A stretch of DNA of 64,000 nt from Lobosporangium transversale (Eukaryota): NCBI RefSeq assembly GCF_002105155.1, contig NW_019029020.1, positions 124,001 through 188,000 on the forward strand. The letters are read 5' to 3'. Below the pieces are notes generated by a model. That model searched no databases, was not told the DNA's origin, and saw only the letters and a program-made list of their open reading frames with translations. Below are positions 13,211 to 24,586 of this stretch, one piece after another; position 1 is the first letter of the stretch; every line of letters begins with the position of its first letter. The position numbers and the translations under genes were made by a program.

Positions 13211-13863
13211 ATATCTTCATCTTTTATATTCGTGGCGTTTTCTCCAAGGACGAGAGACACGTGAAGCAATTTAAATTACTGGCCTCCATGTTCAGATGAA
13301 TGGATATCTAATACGTACTCTTATTTGCAAATATAAATGTTTATTATAATCGGTCAAGACAAGTCGCTTTGTCTCTCTCATGGGGATATTACCCACTTTG
13401 CCCATAGAAATTTACATCCTACACAGGCACACAGGCACACAGGTACAAGGTACACAGGAACAAACAGAGCTGTCACGCGCATAAGGTTGATTTACTCTTT
13501 CATGCAGTATGGACTACATTCCTCAGCTCTGCTACTGTCCTGCATATACCAGATTATCCTTCTATATACACCACCCTTTCCAAACCTTTTCTTTTTTTTC
13601 TTTTTTTTTTTTTGCTACTCTTGCTTGCGAGCTATATATTCTGTAGGTCTGTTGCAACTGTTGCCTGTTTCATCGAATCAAAGCATCAATAAACCATCCA
13701 TGAATAATCACCCGTAGGAAAGCTCCCAGGATTCATGCAATGACAATTCTGGTAATTGAAGTTGTACGCCTCGAATTTATCCGCCAAGATCAACTGGTAA
13801 GGAAAAAAAAAAAAAAAAAAAAAAAAGCCCTCTGTAGGATAGATCCACCATGAGTGTATGCAT

Positions 13864-14290
13864 CAGTGACCTGTACTGATGTTACTGAACATTCGTACTT
13901 GAAGTTTTTTTCAGTAAATTTTTACTTAAACATCGGTAAAAAAAAAAAAGTAAATTTTGAGTATATTTCGAGTAAAAATCAGTAAGCACTTACTGAAATT
14001 TACTGAAAATATACTTTTGTTTTACTGATATTTACTGAAAATATACTTTTCTTACTCAAAATTTACTTTTCTTACTTTTCTTTCAGGGGGGCCTGCACTT
14101 GAATTCCCCGTATATGCACGAGCAAACCGAAGCCACTTACTGATGAGTCTCCATATATGCATGTGGATAGGCTGTCATGGACACACGTTGTTCAGAACAT
14201 GAGATCAACTTCTATCAAGTATTCAGCATGCTACCATGATTAAAAGCGACCACCTTCATTTCGTGTTGATAGACATGCTTTTCAGGACTT

Positions 14291-14321
<31 letters not shown>

Positions 14322-14811
14322 GTTGACATGGTATAAATATATATAATATATATATTTTGATAACAAGGACCCTCAAGATATATTTCATAAATATACTATG
14401 TCTGCAAAAAAAAAAAAGTAAAAAGTCCTGAATACTTGATAGAAGTTGATCTCATGTTCTGAACAACGTGTGTCCATGACAGCCTATCCACATGCATATA
14501 TGGAGACTCATCAGTAAGTGGCTTCGGTTTGCTCGTGCATATACGGGGAATTCAAGTGCAGGCCCCCCTGAAAGAAAAGTAAGAAAAGTAAATTTTGAGT
14601 AAGAAAAGTATATTTTCAGTAAATATCAGTAAAACAAAAGTATATTTTCAGTAAATTTCAGTAAGTGCTTACTGATTTTTACTCGAAATATACTTTTGTT
14701 TTACTCAAAATTTACTTTTTTTTTTTTTACCGATGTTTAAGTAAATAATAAGTAAAAATTACTGAAAAAAACTTCAAGTACGAATGTTCAGTACATCAGT
14801 ACAGGTCACTG
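13864..14811. mobile_element. 948-bp non-coding foldback (near-perfect palindromic) element, probably a non-autonomous DNA transposon
   Basis: Begins CAGTGACCTGTACTGATG and ends CATCAGTACAGGTCACTG. Arms (~13864-14340 and ~14390-14811) are reverse complements with a few indels; subterminal arrays of TTTACTGAAAATATACTTTT-like subrepeats. No clean TSD. Confidence 0.85.
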
Positions 14812-14899
14812 GTACTATGCACAAAACGCCATGCGATTAAATTGGCCCCCAAGTGTGACGTAACATATTTTATTTTAATACATACACTATTCGTCTCTT

Positions 14900-15699
14900 G
14901 TTTTCACCCTCATCCCAAGAACAAGAAGCTGTTACTGATGCTCCTATCAATGATGTTCTCGCCATCAATCAAATTGAAAAAAATATTGATCGGTGGATTT
15001 GAAGATATTGTAAGTGTTCAAACGCGAATAATAATAATAATTTTTTGTATCAATGCTTTCTTGATGATATCTAAGCAGAACTGCTTTAGAGAAAAGTCCT
15101 TGACGCGTCAAACTCTGGGAAGGATGGGGAGGATGACAGCGAAGAAAGAGAAGGTGGAAATGAAGAAAAAGAGGGGGACGATCAAGTGGATATCCCGGCT
15201 GGCCATGAAGTTGATTTCGAGGTAAGTGTTGCAATTATATTAGTTGCCCCATAAAGTCTAGTTCATTGCTTGAGAGTAATAAAGATAAAACTTGACATTT
15301 GTACGCTAACTCTAGTCTTTGGAGAATGGACTCAATAATATTGCTGTTGAAAAAATGAGAGTGGTTTTGTGCGATGACACTGAGATTATTCAAGTCGCAA
15401 AGCACTATAAAGTTGATCCTGAATCTCGGTTCATCACTCTGACTGCCTCGAAAGCTGAATTCTTTATTGAGCCCGAGCGATTTGATGCTTGGCTTCTGAG
15501 GCATCCAAAGGGTTATTTCCACCAATTTGTATTGACAAGGAAGTATGACAACAAAACTGCTAATCTGCACCGCCTCACTTATGAATGCCAATGCGCTGGC
15601 AAGAAGCGCGTAAGGAAAGATAGACCTCAAGGAGGTGTCGCCGGCAAAAGCAGAATCGATGCTCCAGGAAATAAACAAGGGTGTGGAGCAAAGACATGA
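14900..15699 (+). pseudogene. Truncated, spliced Mutator-like (MULE) transposase or WRKY/GCM1-fold DNA-binding fragment
   Basis: Exon-like pieces with GTAAGT donors (~15020, 15222) and a CTAACTCTAG acceptor (~15315). The last piece reads LTYECQCAGKKRVRK..KSR..GNKQGCGAKT*, resembling the YxCxxxG..KxGCxA N-terminal domain of MULE transposases; it stops before the HxH ligands. Upstream pieces are frameshifted. Confidence 0.55.
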
Positions 15700-16391
15700 T
15701 ATTGCCTACGTTGAAGCCAGTGCTGATGGTCGATGGCTCGAAAGCACCGGCATATGCTGTGAGAATGAGATGCTCTTATTTTTTAATTCGTTGGCTTTGA
15801 ACAGACACATATTTGTTTGGAACACAGGATCTGTTCGACTCCTTATTTCTAATGTTTAGTGTAGTGTTTGCCTCTGTCAACTAATGGTGCGACGAAGGCG
15901 AAAAGAACACAAAGCTCTCACATTTATTGTGGAGTAGAGGGGGAAAAAAAAAGAGAGGTAACGTTTACAAAGTCCTGTGCAGCTTCCTGTATGATTTGAC
16001 AATTAGTTTAAATCGGATGACAATTCCTAAATACAATGCTGAGCTTTTTTTCCTCTCCAGCATAGGGCAACGGCGCCAAAAGAAAATCTCTCTTCCAAGG
16101 GTGAAGGGCGGAGAGAATTATGGAAAATTAAGTAAATGCTCTCGTTCAACATGCCGGGTCGATTCTTTTTTGTTATTACTTTTCTGTCTTTTTCCTCTTC
16201 TTTTCTTCTTCTTTTGCTCTTCTGCCCATCTCCACATTCTCAATCACCTTTGCCCATCCTTTCTTGCCCGCTATCAGCCAACCAACAGCTTTTATTCCAT
16301 CGGTCCTTTTTTTCCATTTAACTATTCGTCCTTGTCACTTTCTCTCTCTCACTATCTCAAACACATACAACCGGAAACAGGTTAAAGAAAA

Positions 16392-17459
16392 ATGCATTTC
16401 GCTGCTGTAACAATTCCTATGCTCGCTTTCGCGGCTACGGTTCTGAGTGAGCCATGGAAGAACATTGGAGGTGATTTGGCCTATGTGGGACCGACTTATA
16501 ACGCCACATTCAAGGCTGGCGACACTATCCCGTTTGAGTACACGTTCTACACGGTTAAGATGGTCAGGAACAACAGCACCGCACCTACTCCTGGTGTCAA
16601 CGGCACTGCGCCGCCCACTGCTCCCTCTACTCCTACCACTGGCACTGGTATGCTTTCATCTAAAAAAAAAAAAAAAAATTAAGGATACACAGAAATCAAT
16701 TTATTGTTGTCACTTTATTGGACAAATATATTCATTTTTTCTTTATGCATTTCTTAAATATCAATGAATACATTGTTAACGACGATATGACATGGCTATA
16801 TATTTTTTCTAGCTTCATTGACTTCATTGCGGTGGGTCGGACAGACAGGCAACGAGACCGTGGAAATTAAGTTTGATAATGGACGAACAGAGGGATACTC
16901 ATCCCCCTGCTTGCCAACAGACACCTGCACAGGCACTTATTATCCCAAGCGCATTGACCTGTTGATCCCTGCAGAGACCTATCCAAGCAACTACACTGTA
17001 AGTGGGTTGACAAAGTCGAGGAAAAAAAAAAAAGATGCAGTGAAGAAAGAGAAAGTTGATTGAGCAATGAGAAGGAAAGAGCGTGATAATTTAATTAATA
17101 TTAGTAATTAAGAAAATATGGCAGTTTGCAAACAACGTACACACAGTCTGATTTCAATATTGTATTTACGAAAATAACACTTTATTACCTTCATTACCAT
17201 CACTAAATGTGTATAGATTGTCCTTGGATACACATTGTCGTTGGCTGGCAACAGAACTCTTTTTTACAAGGAGCCCATCACCGTAGTTCCTGCTTCGGCT
17301 AATGTCACGTCTCCCAAGGCATTGATTGCTGGTGCACCTGCTACCCAGGTGACACTGCCTGTGTATGCACCACCTGGGAACAGCGGTCTCGTCAACCAAG
17401 TCTCAAAGGTAGCCCTTGGCATGACCATTGTCGCTGTCTCTGCTATTCTCATGTTATAA
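16392..17459 (+). CDS. Small secreted, probably GPI-anchored protein of unknown function (exons 16392-16647, 16813-16997, 17217-17459)
   Basis: Hydrophobic N-terminal signal (MHFAAVTIPMLAFAATVLS), Pro/Thr-rich segment, several NxS/T sites, one Cys pair and hydrophobic C-terminus VALGMTIVAVSAILML. Exons join in frame via GT-AG. Confidence 0.8.
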
Positions 17460-17712
17460 CTTCACAGTCTATTGTAGTAATAATAAAAATGAAGTTGTAA
17501 AGAACCCACGAAAGATAACCACGAAAGATAATATGCTTGCACGTGCTGTGCGTCGACAAATAAACTAAGCCACTCTAATTCAAAAAAGTTTTTAACCCAA
17601 GAGCCTCGACTCATTGGGTTCGAAACAGAAGCGAGAGAACGTGCCAAAAGGGACGGTCAACTGCAATTTGAAGATTTTTTTCCTCCTCTACTCTTTGGCA
17701 TTAATCGCGAAC

Positions 17713-19313
17713 ATGAGCTCATTTGAAAAAGTAATTCTTCATCCCTTTGAAAAAAAGATCAAATACATGGACATTAAGGATTGTTGGACTTAACAAGGGA
17801 TAATGTGCTTCATGAGAATGAGCACCATTTACAAGGATTCATTACAAAGGAAGCTTATTCATGCGGGATCGCTGCTCAAATTTACTTTTTTTTTTTAAGG
17901 ATCGAGAAATGTCACTATAATTGGATGATGCTATGGAATTGTATTTGTAATCTCGCTGATTGTACCATCATCATCATCCAGGAAATTTAATCGTCTCGCT
18001 TTGTTTCGGCATGTCGAATCTATGATCCAGGATTTTTTTATTTTTTTCATTCAATCTTCAGGTCATTCTGGGATCACTAGGAAAAATTATACTATTTAAT
18101 TCTCCCTACTCACGGTCATATCCACTTTACCCTGTAACATTAATCGGGATTGGCAGATCCAGCCCTGACATACCTTTCATTCAGAGTAAAGATTTCTAGT
18201 CATGATATGTACTCTTTATGTTTGGTCTTTTAACTCTTCTATTTCAACTATCTCAGGTGGTTGTCATCGACGGTAAGGGTCACCTCTTGGGTCGCCTTGC
18301 CTCCATTGTTGCTAAGCAGGCCCTTTCTGGACAGCGCGTCGTTGTTGTGCGCTGCGAGGAGTTGAATGTCTCTGGTTCTTTCTTCCGTAACAAGCGTAAG
18401 TTATAGTTCATATTCATTATAGTCTTTCCTTTTCAAGATTATTTCTTTTTTTATCACGAAGATGCCGGATTCTTTTGAGAAATTCACCAGCACTGAAGAG
18501 AGGCAGTAGCAAACGGCATCTAAGACAATCATAGTTGGAGATTTGGAGTAGCGGTACATCTCTCAATCAGACTATATTGCCTTTCCTTATGAGGAAGCTT
18601 TAAAGGGAGCGTCCTGAAGGACACTCGATGTCACTTAGTTACATTTACTTGTTAACAGCAGCTGCCAACGACACTGGAATGACATGCATTATAGCTCAGG
18701 AGGCCAGCATTGTTACGACTTAATAGAGTCGTCTATAGGCCCAAAGTGTGGGGACAGGGGATGAAATTGCACAAACGGCTTTGCTCCAATGGTACATCGC
18801 CCACTAACATCAAGATGTCTTGTTGTATTTGAAACTGACTTTTCCCTATCCTCCAAATTAGTCAAGTACCACGCATTCCTCCGTAAGCGCTGCGTTGTCA
18901 ACCCTGCCCGCGGTGCCTTCCACTTCCGTGCTCCTTCGCGCATTTTCTACCGTGCGATCCGCGGAATGATCCCTCACAAGACCGCCCGTGGTGCTGCCGC
19001 TCTCGACCGCATCAAACTCTTCGAGGGTGTTCCTCCTCCATATGACCGCATGAAGCGCATGGTTGTCCCTTCGGCCCTCCGTGTTCTCAAGCTCAAGCCT
19101 GGTCGCAAGTACTGCACCGTCAAGCGTGTCTCGCATGAGGTCGGCTGGAAGTACAACGATGTTGTTGCCAACCTCGAGGAGAAGCGCAAGGTCAAGTCCA
19201 AGGCCTTCTACGAGCGCAAGAAGGCCATTGCCAACGTTCGTGCCAAGGCGACTGCCTCCAAGTCATCCGAATTGACTGCTGTTCAAGAGAAAATTGCTGC
19301 TCTTGGCTATTAA
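17713..19313 (+). CDS. RPL16: 60S ribosomal protein uL13 (L13a/L16); exons 17713-17730, 18257-18396, 18862-19313
   Basis: [43 protein letters not shown] and FEGVPPPYD; strong codon bias. Confidence 0.97.
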
Positions 19314-22300
19314 AGAAAACAAATATATTTCCCTTATTTGTCTTCACTTTCTTTTTCTTTGAAGTCTCATGCGTATCTCGCTCATTTTATTGCTTCTTGT
19401 CTTTAATGAAGAAAAATATGCCATAACATGACAGTAGTTAAGACTTCGTCACTTGCGATTAAACCATCAGGTTATTTTTTTTGGAGAGTCTTGTTAACTT
19501 GATCTGATGGGCTTATTTGGATACTATGAGAAAATGCGTTGATGTGAATTGGATAAGGAGTACTTCGTAGATATGTTGATTATGTGTTATTATTTTTTAC
19601 GCTATCAGATCAATTTCGAAATTAAGAAAAGATAACTAGGAACTATCGCATTAAAAGGGATTGCGCAATAAGAGCATCGAAACTAATTCTACCACACGTT
19701 TGATAAACATACGACTTATCTTTAAGACGAAGGCATATGTGAAGTGTTTAATATACACATGCATTGCTGTGCAAGTTAAGAGACGACTTGTAGACAACGA
19801 TAGCTATTTGTCTCATGCAAATAAAGACGGAGTTTATACAGCTGCAAATTCAAAGTGTGAGAAGATGTTTAACATGCGCTTTCTGCATGCCATCTGCGCC
19901 TCCTTCAGTGCAATCTAAATCGATGCAAGAAAAAGACAAGGCTGTGGCCCCTTCTACGAATTGTTTTGGTCCTTTAGAGAAAAAAAAAAAAAAAATTGCT
20001 CTCAGAACAAATAGCATTCAGATATATATATATATACTTGTGATCGGTATCCATCTCCGTTAAAAAAGAGCAAAACGCCGCAACAACGGTCGAATTATGG
20101 TTGAAAGGAGGTTTAAAAAAAAAAATTCATATTTTCATATGTGAGGCACCGACATTCACCTGAATAAGGCAGTGAAAATCCACAAGGATACATCTGTTAG
20201 ACTACCTGCATGTCAATTATGAACATTCATGCAGATTTTTTTTTTAAAAAAAAAAAAAAAAAAAAAATAAGTCGCAATGCACGTATCATTGATACTCCGC
20301 TGTGAATAATAGATCCAACACAATGACAGTTTTCTTCGACACTGAATTGAGCCTTGAGTGGATCCTGAGAATTCAGCTATTCAAATAAATGTCGTGTATA
20401 TACATATCAACTCGGTTCTATGTAACGCACGAAAGCGATAGTAGTCAATCTGTGTCACCATTGACGCGTCTTAGATCATTCAGCAAGAGACAGTAAAAAT
20501 ATTAAAAGACATTGACATGCTGTCGATCTTCTTTTTGATTCTATCATGTCAACATGGTCATTGGAACGTTCTAAGAATATAAACTATCCGTGATGTCAGT
20601 GAGGTTCCATACACTTTGTGTGTGTGTGATGGAACAATGCTAACTAGTGCATTTTTAAGATGAGAGCAAAGGGTACTCTACATTTGTAAAAAATATACCG
20701 ACAACCAAAGGGATCTCGGTATAGATATATTAATCAACCTGCTTTGTTTTGAACGTTGCCATGTTCAATATGAGTAAATGAATAGTCGACAGCATCATTA
20801 CCAGAATTTTCATGCATTGGGCGCCTCCATATTTTTAAATAAAAGCAGGTTTGTGGAGAAAAAGGCACCCGGAACTCTCAATATCCTTTTAATCAGATGA
20901 TCACCAAAAAATGATAGGTCCAGAATGGCTCCATTGAAGAAAGATGTTATTTTTTTTTTAAAAAAAGAGCCTCACATTCACTTTACATGAAAATCACTTG
21001 GCCAATGATTCAGCGCTTTGGTCAAGTCTCTCTCTCCACGAACACCTCCACATTTCATATCCCATCTATCACATCCCACAACCCACAACCCACAATCTTC
21101 TTTCTCCGCTAGGCTCCTTTATGTCCTGCCTATCAGTGCGCAGGAAACCATTTAAAACCCGCTTACGTACAGGCAATGCCTGCAAAGCCATTAGAAGACC
21201 GAACACTCGCATAACTCAAAAGCGAATCCAACTCATGCAAAGTTAATAGTTTGGCATAATTCATTAGTGTGCCTAAGTGTGTAAATAAAAAAGAACAGGT
21301 ACACGCGAAAGACCAATATCTAAACTATATACTAATAATTTTTGCGCTTGCTTAACGTTCTAATATTGATTGTATTTACTGAAACAGGCACGGATCCGAA
21401 ATCATGCTGAAAACCAATGTATTTGATCATTTTGCACTGCAGTTTATGCATCTGTGCCATTTTAGTGGCGTTTGATGTTTTTATTTGTTTATTTTTCTTT
21501 GTTTGAGCCGAAGAAACACGATTTACAACATGATCTCGTTCAAATTAACCATTTTGTAGGAAGGATCCCCTCGCCGCAGCCATGAAGAATCACGCCTTAT
21601 CCGTGGTATTTTGAGAAATGTCTTTCACAAACTCATTCTAGTCTAAAAAAAATATTAACGGTGGGTTTGATGCTGTGAGGGGGCGGATCCATTGTTCCCA
21701 ACACAAAGGAGGGCGTGTGTAAAATAAAATGGTATAATGTATTCATTTATCATATACATTGAGAGGGCTCTACGCCCATCATACATAGTTTACCTTGTGA
21801 TTTTAATAGAGAGTGGATCACCGAGTGGGAGAGCAACGCATGCATGCAATACATTTCTTTGTGCGTCTGACCTAAAAAAGAGAGGGTGTAAACAGTGATA
21901 ACAAGAATAAGAAAGCCGAAAAAATAAAAAAAGAGCATCATGAGGCTGACCAAAATGTGTTGATATATTTGTTTTGTAGATAATGTGTATACTGTATATT
22001 CTCTTCATTAGAACTTGCTTGTGTAATGTAAGAGAATGGCAGGTGGCAATAAGTCTTTTATTTCTCTCGATGGAACGAACGGACCAAGTCTAGTTTCATC
22101 TCTCTTAAGCTCAGGACACTGAAGTTAAGACATGTCGCTGACAAAAGCATCATACAGTAGACTGAAGAAACAGTGCAGAGAATGCACATCCACTAAGATG
22201 GGAGTAACGATAATTTTATGCAAAATAGAGATAGACTATCCAATGGTGTTGCCTCTGATTGGACGCAGCGGGAGAGCAAAGTCAAAAGAGCTTACGACGG

Positions 22301-24586
22301 AGGTTCATTGAAAGGAATTCGTTTATGTCATCTTTAATCAAAGTACACTGGCCAACACGCCAGTACTCCCGTCATTTCAAACTTTTATGAGATGCGTTAA
22401 TTGACATTAGACGTGTCCCATTTTCAAAGACATGCTGTTGATGGCAAGTCAAATATTCGGATACTTCTTATTGCTGTTAATTTGTTTCTTTGCAATATCC
22501 TTTGTGTTGCTTTGTCTTATTGTGGAAACACTTGACCCTGAATGAGGTTCGATTTGTACTACTGTTTCTTTCCATTTATATTTAATGGAGGGTCTAGTTC
22601 TTTGTCTTTTTGGATATTTATCCTACGTAAGGTATCACCGATCTCTTTTTCTCATAAGAGCACAACAAGAAGAAAACATTACTTTATACAAAACATGATT
22701 GTTTTTCATATGTTTGAAATGTTATTCTTATCAAAAAAAAAAAAAAAAGGGGGAGGCAAATGATATGAGTGAAGGCATAGTTGCACAAAAAAGAAGAGAA
22801 GGTAATCGCGCAATTGCCAGTATGATCCACATGTTGTAAGTACATTCAATCCCAAGTTGGTTCATCCTCTTCTATTCTCAGCATCGTCCTTCTCTGTCCC
22901 CATCAGACTATGCATTGTCATATTACAGAATATGGTTAATGATGTGAAAAGTGAGCGAATTTTTCATTATGAAAAGCACCCAATCGAACCAAGCCCTTTT
23001 CCGTTCCTGAAATTAATCTCTTAATAATTAATCGATCCAATGGAAGTTTGTAAGATGATAAAAAATAACCAGCAGTTGTAGTTACTAAATCATTGAGTGT
23101 AACTGGTGCCTCACGAATCTTTCTGTAATATGAAGATCAGTATCCGAATCGGTTTCTTATCTTCTTGGTTTCAAAAACTCGTGAATACTCTTATGTTTCT
23201 GCTAGTAGCTACTATGCACGTGCGATGATGGTTACAGTTTACTGAGCAGCGAGATTCTCAAGGTTTTCTAAAGGTTCTCTACAGTCACCCAAAAGGCCTG
23301 GACGGTGGTGAATGATCGCGCATAATTCTGGAAACACCTTTTACAATGACATCCATGTTAAAAGATATAAAATATAAAATATAAAATAAAATAAATAAAA
23401 AAAAAAGGCATCGGGGGCGCCATTGTTTTATTGTTTGTTTGTAATCAAACCAGCGGAGCTGGATACAATATTTTGTATTACACATTTAAAATATAAACAA
23501 ATGCCGGCAATAAATGGCTGCTATCGGATATGGTGCTGCTTTGCTGGATTACACATGCCCGCGGTTTCTTCCAAAGGAAATGGGTGCCTTTGTTGATTGT
23601 TAGTTTAATGTATATATGTACAGATACAATAAACTCAAGGTATTTTTGGTATACAGCACGCGCATTTGAACAAACAATAGCCTGTACAATTGTATCCTTG
23701 TGCATACTTGGACTAGTGTAAAAAGGGTAAATACATATTTGTAGACATGTAGACATGGAGTAAATATATTTTCTTTTTTTTGAGCATTAGCAGCAGCAAT
23801 CGCTATTCGCTCTTTCATGCCCTTTTTTCCTCTTGAAACTTTTTTTTTTTACTTATACCCTACAGAATATAAAGTACAATATGGGCTGCCTATTCAATAG
23901 GAAGTGCTCTCAAAAAAAAAAAAAAAAAAAACCCTAAAATGCGTATCCATCCTCTCTTCTCTTTTATTGATTCGCAGCCAGGATAGTTCGCTAATGCTGC
24001 ATATTTGTGTACTCATAAAATCTATTCAAAGTTAATAGATTCCTTAGAGAATATTGACTATCTGTTTTAATAAAAATAAAACCGGTCTAGTTAATGTTCA
24101 TCTTTTCCCCATCCGGCTCGTGCCTGGCAATTTTTGTTCTCTATTTCTTACTCCGTCTCTCTGCCCCACGCTCTCTCCACGCCAATATACTCTCCCCTCC
24201 CACTCTACTCCACGGCTCATTTGGGCCTGTTCGCTATCTATTATTCCACCTTGAGAAGACTATAAAGACTCGTCCTTACATCCTCTTTTTTTTTTTTTTT
24301 TCTTTTTTTCTTTTTTTATCCGGTTGTCGTTTGTCTACTCCATCTCCCTATTGCTTTGTTTTGCAGACTCCCCTGTCCAGGTTCCTGGCACACAGCCCCT
24401 CTGCATCACTCCTTCCCTTTCTACCATTCCCCCCCTCAACTCTTCACTTTACATTTTTTTTATACGACCCTAATCTATCCACCCCAGTTTATTATCATAA
24501 ATCAACCCTTTAACCGCTTCTCTTTTCCTTTCAGCTCATAATAAAGACACGACGCGCCGACCCCCTTCACACATACTTCTACAACC

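Noticed and set aside
14135..14200. CTGATGAG in the foldback arm resembling a hammerhead ribozyme core
   Set aside because: No stem II closed by GAAA and no matching cleavage-site stems follow.
13856..14821. Target-site duplication around the foldback element
   Set aside because: Flanks GTATGCAT and GTACTATG do not match, so the superfamily cannot be assigned from a TSD.
17590..17630. GGGTTCGAAAC B-box-like motif and hairpin upstream of uL13
   Set aside because: No cloverleaf or A-box spacing, so not a tRNA.
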